DNA from: Antedon mediterranea
Taxonomy: Eukaryota > Animalia > Echinodermata
DNA: 64,000 nucleotides
Direction of reading: 5' to 3'
Assembly (NCBI RefSeq): GCF_964355755.1
Contig: NC_092670.1
Location: forward strand, 34,088,388-34,152,387
The notes beneath the pieces were generated by a model, which saw only the letters and a program-made list of their open reading frames with translations, did not search any database and was not told where the DNA came from. Positions 14,701 to 29,700 of this stretch are shown here, one piece after another. Made by a program: the position numbers and the translations under genes. How positions within the stretch are numbered: position 1 is the first letter of the stretch; each line of letters opens with the position of its first letter.

Positions 14701-17700
14701 AAGATTATTTGCCCTCGGAGTATTGTCCAGGTCCAGGAGGTAGTTGTCCTACGGGGAGTATTGTGTCAGAGGTAGTTGTCCGCGGGGTAATTACCCGGGG
14801 GAGGGGGGGGGGGTAATTCTCCGGGGGGTAATTGTCAGGGGTAATTGTTCCTAGGGGTAATTGTCCGGGGAGAGTTGTCCAGGGGTTAGTTGTCCTACGG
14901 AGGTAGTTGTCCTAAAAGATTATTTGCCCTCGGAGTATTGTCCAGGAAGTAGTTGTCCTACGGGGAGTATTGTGTCAGAGGTAGTTGTCCGCGGGGTAAT
15001 TACCCGGGGGGGGGGAGAGTAATTCTCCGGGGGGTAATTGTCAGGGGGTAATTGTTCCTAGGGGTAATTGTCCGGGGGGTAGTTGTCCAGGGGGTAGTTG
15101 TCCAGGGGTTAGTTGTCCTACAGAGGTAGTTGTCCTAAAAGATTATTTTCCCTCGGAGTATTGTCCAGGAAGTAGTTGTCCTACGGGGAGTATTGTGTCA
15201 GAGTTAGTTGACCGCGGGGTAATTACCCAGGGGGGGGGGGGTAATTCTCCGGGGGTAATTGTCAGGGGGTAATTGTTCCTAGGGGTAATTGTCCGGGGGG
15301 TAGTTGTCCAGGGGGTAGTTGTCCAGGGGTTAGTTGTCCTACGGAGGTAGTTGTCCTATAAGATTATTTGCCCTCGGAGTATTGTCCAGGAAGTAGTTGT
15401 CCTACGGGGAGTATTGTGTCAGTGGTAGTTGTCCGCGGGGTAATTACCTGGGGGGGGGGGGTAATTGTCCGGGGGGTTATTGTCCGGGGGGTAATTTTTC
15501 CTAGGGGGTAATTGTCCGGGGGGTAGTTGTCCAGGGGGTAGTTGTCCTAAGGGGGTTGTTGTCCTAAGGGGGTAGTTGTCCGGGGGGTATTTGTCCGGGG
15601 GGTAGTTGTCCTAAAGGGGTAGTTGTCCTAAGTGGGTAGTGGTCCAGGTGGTGGTTGTCCGGGGGTAGTTTTCCGGGGGGTAAATGTCCAGGGGGTGAAT
15701 ATCCGGATACGCCACATACTATCTATTTCCAAAGTATAATAATAGGAATTTGGTAATACAGCATCTAATTTAAATCACATGTGGTGCCTGTACTGTATCA
15801 TATAAGGTTAGGTTAAGAGTAATGTGCTGTAGTTTAAGATTATTGTTGCATTTTTAAAAAATAGAAAGTTGTATGTAATTTATTATCAATGATAATTTTT
15901 GTATGTGGAAGAATGTTGCTTCATCCGCGGTTTGTCAGACTAGTCATTATTTTACGTGGGATACCGATAAAGCTTGGTTTCCACTAGAAAAACTAGATGT
16001 GTAAACGCAACGATGTTAACGCAACGCAAGCGAGTTGACCAATGCATGACAAGCGACAGTACGAATAATCCAACGTTTGAGTAATCAATTGACTTGCGTC
16101 GCGCTTTAAGTCCTTGGGAACCAAGCTTACCAATCTAATTCTAATGAATATCAAAGAGGTATACAGTAGTTGAATATAAATTGCGTGTTAGTTTGTCCGT
16201 GGATGAATTCTACTTTATCCGCGCGCGGTTTGTCGAGACTCGCCATCATGTTTAAAGCTTGGTTTCCACTATAGCGACGCAACCTACGCAACGTAAAAAA
16301 ATGCCTTTCCGATAATTGTGTTTGCCCCCGCCTCCTGCGTGAAATCAAACCTGCGATGTTTGCAGCGCTGTTGCGTCGTCGGTTCCCACTTGTGATTACG
16401 CAATACAGCACTTTGCGTCAATACGTCATTGCGTTGCGTTGCGTCACTCGTGGGAACCAAGCTTTATTTGCGTGGGATACCGATGTAGCACAAGTTGAAA
16501 CGCATCAACGAAAAATTATTAGTACTGGTCACGCATACCTATGTAAATCAATAATACGAAGACAGGACAGGCTCTGCGACATTCTTCAATATACGAACAT
16601 AACACGATGATTTATCCGTGTGTAGGCCGAAACAAATCGTAATGAGATAGTTTGCAGAATGGTTAAACTGAAGAGGTGACCCAATTCAGAAAAGAAGTTC
16701 TATACGGATTTAACTCGGAAGAATTACAGTATTTAATTTATGAAGCTGTTGGTATAAAACATCGGTTCATAATCAAAACACTATAGGTCAATAATATAAA
16801 TCATTGTACAATCATCCACTATATAAATAGTACTGTACATTTGTTTATGGAAAATCCAGTACTGTATATCATACCAGAAAAGAAGGGATTGACATAAAAG
16901 TTTGTGGAATAGGTTGTTTACAAAATGTGTCCATGGTCAGAATTGAAACAGTCGGAATTTAATTTAAAAATCACTAATCTTTAAGTTATCTTCTAAAGGA
17001 GTATGAAAGCTAACAGTAATGTAGTAGACCAACACATTTTGTGCTGTAGGCCTATTACGGAAATTTACTATGATAATGAGGAAATATAGATACCAATATA
17101 TAAAATAAATATAGATATCAAACTACTAAACCTAAATGTAATGGCTCATAGGTCATAATAATAAGACCATATATTATCTAGGCCTAACCCCAAGTTGAGG
17201 ATAACTATGTATAGGCCTACAAAGGCCGAAATCAATCGTCTTCAGAAATATGTTTTGTGCGCCATTACTTTCTCAAACCGTAGGCTAGGCCTACACGACC
17301 CACAATCAGCTCTCTAATTATTACCAAACTTCATTGTTTGCCGTACCTTCCAGTGATTCATAATAGTTTGCCTTTTTATCAAACTTTTAGAACCGTAAAC
17401 AACTTTAAGGAAGGTTAAACAAATATTTATCAATAAAGAAACCAGGGATTTTTTCAGTCGGTCGCATTTATTTAATCAAAATAGTGGGTAAGTGAATCAT
17501 GAACAAAGAAAGACCAAGTAATCGACTAAATAATGCCTTAATTATTAGAAAATAATTTACTATTACTGTATAAGCAGCATTTACGACATTTCCACTAGGT
17601 ACATACTGTAATGACTGGTTTTATATAGAAGAGAAGGGTGAAATTTCACTCACTCCATGGTATTATGCCTACTACTACTATGCATTTATCCCGTGTTGTT

Positions 17701-20700
17701 TGTTTATTATATATCAGGCTTGTAACTAGAATTGTTATGGAGGGGTTTGAATATGGAAAATTGGAGCCTTTGATGGACCAAACAATTGAATTAGAATGAT
17801 AATTGAATCTGAATTATACTGGGTCGGGCCTATGCAAGATTTAGGTGGCAGGTTGCGCGCGCGTACCACTACTGATGAACACCACCCACAGTCGATTTTT
17901 TTGGCTACGGTCCTGCAATCGTCTTGCCTTCACATAACACATTAAACGAAAAAGTGAGTTGAAGTTGTAATTGTCAGGAAATGTGTTTAGTACCGTACTA
18001 AATCCAAAGTGTTCGGAAATAACAACGTAAACAACATAAGCATTGCGTTGGAGTAACAAATATCAGTTAATCTCTTTTCCTAATAATAATTGTTTTCATT
18101 AATAATTTGTTTTTGAAGCTATCATCATTATGAACTGTAACATTGATGTTATTAGAGAAAATCCCTTTTTTCGACGCTTATTTTGACGGTGACATTTATT
18201 TCGACGATGACGTTTATTCGACGATGTCGCTTATTTTGACGGTGACGTTTGTTTCGGCGGTGACGTTTATTTCGACAATAAAATGACGCTTATTCCTATG
18301 ATGATGTTTATTTCTACGATGACGCTTATTTCTATGATAACGCTTATTTAGACAATGAATTGGCGGTGATAGGCCTACCTATTTTGACGATGATGCGTTG
18401 TGTGACAGGGAGTTCCCGATCTAAAGCTCATTTTGTAAAATCATTTAGGATTTCAGGAATTTGAACACCGGACTGCTATTAAACTTTGATGGGTAGTCCT
18501 TTAACCCGGGCCGAATGAACATGGGATCCTTGTAATACCGCCACACTAAAAGGTGGCCCCGACAAAGCTTTCACTGAATGGATTATAATATCTCTAGATG
18601 TTATTCAATATGTCATTACCGGAGATTCCCCCGACTATTCATGTTTTGTTCCGTTGAGTATTTGCCTCTCTTTTGTTGTCGGTAATGGTCGTGCCTTATA
18701 TTGACACCACTTCCTGGATTAGATAGCAAGACGAGGGGCTAACTAATCCATCGGTAAACTTTTATGTCTCCCGTCTGTCGGACATTGGGGCTACTTGACC
18801 CATCTACAATCACGTGACCTAGTTAATTCAGGTTTTTTTTTAGGTTGCACACAAAGATGGGAACTAGTTTCACAAAAAAAGGTTGCCTTTGATCTGCTCG
18901 CAAAGGTGTATTTACATGTGGTCCCAATTTTGTTTAGAGCCATAGGTCGAAACACTGTATATGGCCGTAATTGTGTTTGTATGTTTTGTTTGATTGCAAT
19001 AAATTCAAAGTGTAATGTCTTCATTTCCGCTTCAATGATAATAACTTAATTTGGTAACAACATTATTGACAAGATATTGTGTGTGGTAAAATTCTTGGCG
19101 ATGAAGAGTGACGTACAGCGTGTTACAAACTATGACGTAATGCTTGTAACATGTGACGTACAACGTAACGTTGATTAATACATTATACTATTTCTTGTTT
19201 AATATTATATAATTATTTAAGGCTATGGCAAAAAATAATATCATGTGTAGGCCTAATGCTGTATTTAGGATATTACCTATAATACTATGCAAACTATGTA
19301 TAAATATATTCGAAACATGACATTTCTTTTTTATTACTTACAGACAAAAACGACGATAATTGACAACCCAACGTTCCACACACCTTTACAAGTAGATAGG
19401 CTGAACGGAGTAAGAACGTATCGTCCATACATGACGACACTGGAAGCTCTGCAAGACAAAGAGAAAAAGAAAAGGAGAAAGAAAATACTCATAATCGCAT
19501 GTCTTTTTATATTTCTTCTCACCATTTGTGCTGTTTCAGTAGCGCTGGCGCTAACAGGTAGGCCATAAAGTTATCATTTTAGTAAACCGCTACCAAAAAC
19601 CGCCCAGATCTTCTCCTCCCTTCTGCATTTCTTACCGAATAAGTATATTTAAGATAGATTGCCTCCCTGAAAAAAATAATTCTTAACAGTGTTGTTGTTG
19701 AATATGCCATTTTATGTCACCTAATAGTTATTCACTTTGACCAAAAATTGGGTCGGAAAAAAAAGTAATGTCTAAAAAACTGTAATTTAAAGCAAAAAAT
19801 AGTCAAATTGGCTGTTAGCCAATGGGTTTTTGTTTGCATTTAACCATTTATTTTGTCATTTTATAAGTGGAAACATTTAATTTTTTCGGATTTTTTTTCT
19901 TTATTAATTAAAAAACTACAAATAATCTATATTCAATATCTGATTTTATTAATTTTTATTTTTCATGTTTTTGGAGGACAATACATCTCACAGTTAATAC
20001 CGATACATTTTAAAGCTTTTGAAATAATTTTCACTCTACCTTTTTCTGTAAACGATTGAATTGTATATTTTCATTTTGAGCTATCAGAAGCAAGTTGTGA
20101 GCATGCGCAGTGAAATGATTGAAGACACCTGGTTTTGACATAGCGCGTAACAGGTGCCCATCCGTTACCCATAAATGTAGCGTTAAATGGGCCCTAATGA
20201 ATTAAAATATTTTTTTATTTTTTGCAGTGATATGATTATTAGATTAACATCAGTTTTTGATAATGTCGTCTGAAAGATATCTCAAGACACTTTAATTGTT
20301 AACATAGGCTTAATATTGGTAATGTTAGTTGTGGTAGGAGTTTTAGTCCGCCTCCGTTTAGACACGCCTCAAAGGTCTTTGGGACGCCGAAGTTATTACC
20401 GGTTGTTAAAAATAATTTAAACAACAAAAGCTTGTGGAAATTCATCTATATGGATACGGTTGCAATAGGCCTAAAAACCAGCCGAAAAAAAATAAGAGGA
20501 CAATCAATAGAATTGAAGATTATTACTGGTTGTTTAATATTTCTTGGTGTTGTTTTTGCATATTTTTTACATCCCTGAGCTGGTTTATTATAAACAATGT
20601 TTTGAAATAAAAATATTTAACTAGATTTTTAACTCGTCACCAGACGAGTTAGGTGATCTCTGTTTCAAGATTGTATCGTGTTATTGGTCACATTTTGAAG

Positions 20701-23700
20701 TTGTCACTAAAGAACCTAATTAGTGTTATTTAAATGAGCATGCGTATGGTTCTGCTAAATTTTAATATTTCGTAGCAGACTGCTGGTAGCGTCGTCAGAC
20801 CGAAAGATGACTACTAGTCCTACCGTATATGACCAATTGTGACGAAAGAAAATTTCAATTTTGGGGCAATAATGGCGATAACAATTTGTTTGCTGTACCC
20901 TTTTAAATGTAACAATTTTACGGCCTTATAAATTTACATTCTTTCTCACTATTCAATGTTATGTTCGCCTGGTGTGAAGTTCAGTAGAGAGAAGGAGAAA
21001 CATTATGTATTATCACATGATCCCCTTAAGGTACTCTACATACATGATTGTACATACCTGGTGAAAATGTAACAGAATCCACCAAGGGAGGCAAATAAAT
21101 TGTTCAAAGGTTATGGCCCTACTATCATGTCTCTCACCATAATTAAATAAGATCGCACAAGATATATTTTAAGAGGAGATTGATTAAATGACACACTGTA
21201 CTAAGTATAGCCTACTTAAGGCCAGTTTACACAGGCGAGCGATTAACGGTAATAACAATAGAACGTCATTTCTTATGACCATCTTATGACCAGTTTACAC
21301 AAAACGCGGAGCGGACAGGTCAGAATAGAGAGAGATTCTATGTGTGACTTACAGGCTATGCGGTTTTCCGATTACTCTCCAGTGAAATGAGCGTGATAAA
21401 ACATGATGGTGTAACATTTATATAATTATAGTCCCTATTCGGTGGACATCGCCATTAGTGGAAACTTTGTTGGGTCTCGGCGTTGTCCTCCTTAAAGCTT
21501 CGTTCCCACTAGAATGTAACGCCAGGTTTTAACCAATGACAAGCGAAGTTATAGACAGTTAGCAATCAAAAGCGAATAAGCCATCGCTTGTGATTGGTCA
21601 ATTCACTTGCGTTGCGTTACGTCCTTGCGTTGCGTCGCTAGTGGGAACCACGCTTTTAGCTTGGTTCCCACTAGGATGCAACGTAAGGACGTAAGCCGCA
21701 GCCGAATTGACCAATCACAAGCAACAGGAATAATCCTCACTTTTGATTGGTCAATTGCGTTATAAATACGGGTTCTATCATTTTCTACATAATTATAAAC
21801 CTCATCAAGGAGTCCGACGTTTGCTTCTTCGTTTGTGATTCAAAGCTATTTCTATGTGAGCATGCGCGCCGGCTCATAATTTAAGTTCCATTTCCATGGT
21901 TTATACTAATTTATTTTGTAAATATTTGAAGTAATCGGGGCCTTGGATGCGCTTTAATTTGTGTGTTTAATAATACGGTATTTTAAAATCTAAACCAATA
22001 CATATATTTATTAAATGATATCAGTGTTGATGGTCAATCTCGTACGAATGCAAGGTCGTCGACGACGGCAAAAAAAATATGCTGGCTGACGATCAAAATA
22101 TAAGTAAAAGCGTATAATACCGTACATTAAAATACTGACGACGGCATTTAGTGACATTTTTTTTTAATTTATGGTTTTTTGTTCATATTTCTTTTTCTAA
22201 TATCTGCGTAAATCAACGTAATATGAACACCCGGTTCTCGGTACTGTATCTCCGCGACAAAAAATGTTCCCGTTATCATAGGAAAATTCCATAATACAGC
22301 ATCTTATTTGTACCACGTGTGGTTCATGTATCATGTAAAGCTAGAGAGTTGGGTATGGTCTATGATACACGATACATGTGAATAATATGAAGATACTTAG
22401 TATTATCGAAAGTTATCTGTCATATTTCTTTGCAGTATTTAAGAAAACTCCGACGATCGAGGATAAAAATATACCATCAGCTGTACCATCAAGCATTCCA
22501 TATAATATGTTAACAACCTTATATCCAGGTAAGTCAAGAAGCAATGTAACAAATCAATCATCCAATGATAAAAAAAAAATGCCTAAATAATTTTAATCGT
22601 CCTATACTTTAAAATATTTCTCTGCTACCGTACATAATCGCTTAGTATTCAAAAAGTTATAGGGTGCTACCAAGCAGACGAAAGATACACTGAACAAAAA
22701 AACAAAAGTATTAATCACATCATTTTTATTATTCCATTCTAATTGACTATTGGCAATTTATTTAATTGTTCATATATTTGGTTCCTCAATTAGTTGACAA
22801 CTGATGATATTTCCATTTAGCAAGCGCCATGGTATGTCTGGTTTGAATGACTGTAATTATTTATCATGATAACATTCTTAATTTCCAGACCTATTTCATA
22901 CCGTTATTCAATATAGAGCATACATAACGAACTACACTTTAAGGCATTTAACTATTGCAACGCATTTCAAAAACACAAGTTCGTGTCTGTTTCTGTTTTG
23001 TCATAACTCCCTTTTGGCTATGGTACGTCAGACGAGTTTAATTATGCCTAACGGACCGTAGATGTCTTATTTTACGGCAATTATGTTTATTATACGGACC
23101 AAAGAGACCTTCAAAATACAAAGTATTTCATTATTATAGTGTGATATTGACCGGGGTGGCATCCCGGGTGTGTACGTCGAGAACAAGGGCTCAATGTTCT
23201 CTAAAGTTTGGTTCCCATCTAACAGGCAACGCAAGCGAATGACCAATCACAAAATCCATCGTTTTTATTGGTCAATTCGCTTACGTTGCGGCTTACGCCC
23301 TTGCATTGCGTCCTACACTATCAAACTGGTTTGACAACAAACAAATGTGATTTGCCCAAATATGATAGTGATATGACGTCATCGTGTCCATATATGGGCA
23401 CATTACATGTTTTGTCACATAAAGTGTGATAGTGTAGACAGAGCTTTACAGACACAAGGAGGCTACAATAGCTAACATCTTATTAAATAGGCCTATTCAT
23501 TTTTTATTAAAACATTAATTTATTTCCATCCGTTACCTAAAAATCTCTGAAAACCTTATGCAGCAATAACTCTTTCTAAAAATATTATCGTTCCTTCTGC
23601 CCATTCTTAACTTCAAAATATTCAATTTCAATTTGTTCTTAATTCGTTTTCTTAAATTATGTGTAATATTATTAAACCAACAAATTATAGTATAGCTCGA

Positions 23701-26700
23701 TAACATACGATTTTTACTTAAATATCTTAACTATTTTCTGTAGCCTACTGTTACATCTAATATGTTAAAATAGTTTCCTTATTACGTAAATTATTATAAG
23801 CAAACATTTGACTTGTTCACAAATTCCTTAAATATAAAACGTTTCCTGCTCTGTGTGAAGCATAACATTCGTGCTTCATATCAACATTTGATTTATCGAA
23901 ATGTAATGTATGAGGTGATGGAATGTTAAAGAAACATACAAGATTTATAGTTACGATACATCCTCGTCAGGGAAAAATGTAGGCACGAGGTACCACGGGG
24001 GATTGAGCTAGCTACCTTTCGGCCTAGCCATTTAGACCTATTTCTACACAAACCGTAAATGTTGTCAATTCATTCAAAATCCTGTAGTCTGGGCTCCAGA
24101 CGGAGTTTTGTCTTAATATTAATAAAAATATAAATATGTTGACACATATGGCGTTTCGTACGTGTATTACTTGAGTTTGGATGTATTATCAACGACGACG
24201 TATAGAATGACATAAAAAAGACAATAAATACAGACTTGGAGCAAGTCTAAAAATCCTGTGGAGGCGAACAACCTCCACAGTTTTAAATCAGTGAGTTTTT
24301 GGGAGAAGGGAGACCAAGGCTGGTATTTCATAACACAAGAACAACAAAATACTAGTTCAAGTTCAGGCGGTTCAGAACGATCGGCCTCCTCATGGAATTC
24401 AGCTATAATATAATCATTCCTCAGATTGTGAAGGGGGTTGCTAATAAAAACATAATTTCTTCATGACTTAAAATGATGGTTGAGAGAAACGTGTCTTCTG
24501 ATTCTTTCACAATTCGGCACCAGAAAATTTAAAATAAAATCATAATTATCTAAATTTAAACGAGGCTTTCATGTGAAACTAAAGCTCCACCCTTGTGGAA
24601 TGAAACGCTGTTAAATTGAACTAGACATGTAACTCGTCACTTTGACGAGTTTGGTTATCCGCCGCGCAAGTGGTGCAACATTAACATTAAGGGGATAGGT
24701 TGAGGACAAAAGGAAGTGTTCACGTTGGCATTATGACCTGAACTGAAGAATATGATATGTTGTTATTGCTGAATTTTATTATTTAAATTCATATATAGTA
24801 TATACACAGTATAATCTGTATCCATATCACATACAGTGTAGAATAGGTGAAATTACGGGACCCGCTATTTATTGCAATTTTTAACATGTTGACGGTTTTA
24901 AAATGAAACGCGAAGGTAGCAATTCCGAAAGCAAATTATCTCAGCAACAACGTATTAGCGTGTAGAAGAAATTTGAATACGTGAAATATTGATGCGCGCT
25001 CTTTTAAATGTAATGAATTATGACGCAAAAGATGAAAATACGACCTTTTTTATTTAACTGGCCATATGATGACGTCAAAACATCCGATTGGCAACATTTT
25101 TACATAATTTCGTATCTACAATCCAATAGCTTCCAGAAAAAATTTTAATCGTGATTATCACATTTTATTCTTACGAGCTATAATAAAATTTACTGTAAAG
25201 ATGAAATTGATGCCACATGTGATTTAAATTTTTAGGCATGATGACGTCAAAAAAATTAAAATATTTTTAACTCCTGCGAAAGATACTTGATTGACCTAGA
25301 CAATATCAAAATCGGGGTGAAAATGGAAAACGGATAAGTGGAGATGCGCTCTATTCAATGTGATGGTCTACGACGAAAGATACAAAAATCCTAAATTTTA
25401 TATTCCCGTGGCCATACGATGACGTCACAATGTCCGGTTAGCCATATTAATACCTGATCCGATATCTACAACTCATCTACTTCTAGAATATGTCATCCAC
25501 AAAAATTTGACCGTCTAGTTTAGAAATTATGACTGTTTAAAAAAAGGCATATTTTAAACGAATTTTTTAACCTTTTCATAAAAAACGCGCGCAAATTGTC
25601 CAATTCGACGTGCTCGTATGACGTATCTTTAAGTCGAAATTGTTTAAAATTTGGTAAAATTACTAGAAAAGGCTGGAAAAACATAAATCACGCGAAAAAA
25701 ATACGTTTTCAATGCTACGTGCGCACCGCACACGTAAAAATGTGCGCACGCGTGGGAATTTTTGACATGCTTAAAACGACATGAAACGCGTAGAAAGTTG
25801 ATTAGAAATTAATTTTGCGCATTTTGAAATTTTAAATGCGCGTGCGCGCGTAACTTTGTGTAAAACACGGAATTGTTTTTCAACAGAAAGTTAGCGCATA
25901 ATATAAATTAAACTTTTGCAAAGTTTCAAGTTGAAATGTTATTTGGTTGTCGAGCTATGTTAAATACGACAAAATCGTTAAATCGCGCGTAAGTCACGTT
26001 GCGCAATTGTAAACGTGATGAAAAGCTTCGCTTGACGACGTTACGTAAATGTCAATATGTTAAGATAGTTACCGAAATGTTATGTTTGCGAGTTTTAGAG
26101 AAAAGCGTTACACAAAAATCATACATGATGATTTCGTACAATCACAAGAGGTTATCCTGCAACTTCGTTGCGGATAACCAATTAAATAGTTTCATCTTAT
26201 CACACTTCTATTCAATATCATTACAACCCCGTGTATGTGATTCTGTAATACTTAAAGACCCCTTCCCTGCAATTTTGGACGTTTTTTGGAAAATAATACA
26301 TATATATCACTTTAAAAACATTAAACCATGTCATTCCTTGTCTTAAATGTACGTTTTATGGTAAATTATGATAAAAAGTGAGAAACAATGCACTACCTAA
26401 GTAGCTCGCGGCGATCGACCTCTCGTGGACGGTCTTAGGCCTAGCCTAGCTAGGCTTAGTTTTGTAGGCCTAGCTGGTAAACATCGGTAACGTACGAACA
26501 TCGTACGCGAGCTATATACCTAGCCTGACGTTGTATAGTTGCTGCATTAATTGTCTTTCTATTTTTGCCAGACTCCGTTGATACAAATTGGGGAAAACCC
26601 GGTAGTTTTGCTGAAAAGTTAGGAGTCTTCCATTTGTTTTGGCCTCACGATCGATCGAAAAGTGGGCGAATTACAGGTAAAAAACAAAAATATCAATCCG

Positions 26701-29700
26701 CGCGCAATGCATTTTGGGATTTATAGCGGGCCGCTATAATTATTAGAATCGACTTATTTTTCACATTTTTAACCGTTTAAAGACGAAAAAAGTTATCGCA
26801 ATAGGACCATATAGTATTATTTTTACATTAAATATAGTTTGTGATCTTAAATTAGATCTAAAAAACGTAGGGAATGGGGCTTTAAATTTTAACTCCTATT
26901 TTGAGCCTCTGTTCAAGCTAATTCAATATGGACCCTGCTTGAATCAGGCGCTCGGGTTTCCAAATAGTATGCCGACAACGTGGGACTCACGCTGGGCCCG
27001 AGACATATTTTTATCATGACCTAAACGTATGCCGTCTTCAATAGGTCATTGTTGTACTGATAGATCGTACAGAGGAATATTCTTTGATGCCATGGCATTG
27101 AATTCCACGTTGATCTAAACCGCTTAATAATCATTTAAATTTGCTCAACTAGATAAAAATAAATTTATTAAGCCCTTATATAGAGATATAGAATGATATA
27201 TTGTAAGTAGTATAATTGTTAGTTTTAATAATGTAATTACATCTTCTCTGTGGAAATAAATATCCTCACGGTAGCAATTTGTACGACGGCACAGAAGATG
27301 AGATACTACGCCATGGTCACCTGAACAATATCCCCTTTTAATTACCCTACTCAAATTCATTTACTTGTTGTGCTTTCCCCGTTTATGTACGATTTTAGTT
27401 ACATACTTCCCCAAAGTCTGTAAGTATTATCTTCGTTTGTCAGTCGACGTTTCGATTTTTGTCTGAATTTTAATTATATTTTAACTACAGTGTATTATTT
27501 TTTACGTATGAAACGCCATGTGTACCAACATATTTGTCTTCAAGTGATGAGTTAGTATTAATGATATGTGATTTGTTGTTCTTTTTTTTCTTTCACTTTA
27601 TTTTATTACAGATACACAAGAAATGGTAGTTGTCGGTGTAGTACGATTAGATATAAGATTCCCTAGGTTACATTCTGAACAAGAGGACCTCACTAGGAAG
27701 TTCGTTTTAGCGGTAAGAAACAAATACAAAACATTCCCATGCAAACAGCGATGGCGACATGGGGTTTGATGATGTGGACGAAAGTTCTGTCGATAAATGT
27801 TAGGGGAGATTTACCAATGTCGGAAGAGGGGTGGGATATATGTAAATTAAGTGATTAAAATAGTAATTTCAATGTATTCTTGGGCGAGTTATGTCTCCGT
27901 GGACTCGTGACGATTTCCCAAAATTTGAAACAACACATTTTATTGGCTTTCCGTGGTTGGGCATGCGGACTATATACATGTCAGGAAAATCCAGACATCA
28001 CATTTTCTTTTGTTTCAAAACAAGCAACAACGACACATTGCCATATTATTTTGTTCAAGCAATTACACCTTGGTTCCGCTTTAATCAATTAAGCCTCACG
28101 TTAAGGGCATACTTGAGATATCTTGACGGTCCATGGGAAACTGTTCCCTTGGTCAATGGTAAATCCTGACCAAATACAGCCTCGATTATTATCGTAAGAT
28201 AATCATAGTTGAGCTACAATTGCCCACGGGTAAAAGCCCGCCAATTTAGGCGTTGCGAAAAGTTAAGTTAGAGATGTGGTTTGAGTTACGGCAACAATGT
28301 ATTACTGATCGTTGTTAAGGTCATTTAAGAGCCAGCGGCTAAAATCAAAACTTAATTAGATATATTCACACGTTGTTTGTAGAAGGAAATATGGCAATTT
28401 AAACTTTCTTTGGATAAACTCTAATAAATTAATATTGAAAACAATGTAACCAATTTTACAACCTTTTAGGTCAGCGCGTAAAATGAATTTGACCGATTTT
28501 ATTTGCTTTATAATTTATCCTGTGTGTGCATTAGAGATTGAACACACATGTGCTTCGTAGTGTTAGTTGAAAATACAAACGTTGAGGGAGTTATGTTTAC
28601 TAAATTATGACTCAATCGTCTTGTTTTTTTTTTTGTCTTGTGTGAGTTCATCTCACGTTTATTTAAATTCTCATTGATAAATATTGTATACATATAAGTA
28701 CATTTGTGACAAGTGTTTAAAGTAGTGAAAATACAGTTATATTTACATAATAGATACTTGAATTCAGTATTAACCATATTTGTTTTCATTTAACATTTTA
28801 GATACGATGCTAATTAAAATTTAAAAATGAAGGATGGCGGTAAAATACATGATTAAAAATCCTTCTTGTTAAACTTAAACATCTTGTTTTTTTATTAAAA
28901 ATGTATTGTCCCGAATAAACACTATTTGGTGACATTAAAATGGCATATTTAAAAAATATATATATTTTTTTTAAGGGGACATTTATATCTTTAAGAATAA
29001 TACAACAAATTAAATTCCACTTTTTTTTATCTTTGCAGGTAGATAGTTTGTATAAAGATAGTTTAGTAAAGCAGTACTATGAGTCAACATCAGTAACCCA
29101 GTTAAGGTTAGAAAACAATTAAGAGTTTGCCTTTTATTACAACTTAAATGCGGTTTCACACGATGCAAATTATTCGCGCTCGTCGAAAAGCGTCAATATA
29201 TATACATACATTCTATCTTCTTTGTTTTCTACCCTATACTATCTCCACCCTCTATTCACTAGCCTTGTGCCTCTTTTGTTTTATTTCATTCATTCCTGTC
29301 TGCGGGCAGCGCTTTCCTGATAATATCTATCTTTGTCCAAATACCTTCACTTGCACTAATGAAGGGCTAGTGTTGCCCGAAAGCTCTGCTAACTTTTCTG
29401 GCTGTTTTACTTTATAATTTTGATTTAGCTTTTCGCTTTTTTTGTATCTCCATTGAGATCCAACCACTGATACCCACAGCATTGTCATTTTGTATCTCCA
29501 TTGAGATCCAGCCACTGATACCCACAGCATTGTTATTTTGTATCTCCATTGAGATCCAGCCACTGATACCCACAGCATTGTCATTTTGTATCTCCATTGA
29601 GATCCAGCCACTGATACCCACAGCATTGTTATTTTGTATCTCCATTGAGATCCAGCCACTGATACCCACAGCATTGTTATTTTGTATCTCCATTGAGATC

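Noticed and set aside
383-19050. Short ORFs of 60-92 aa in the first 19 kb
   Set aside because: No recognisable domains or supporting splice structure; expected by chance in AT-rich intronic and repeat DNA.
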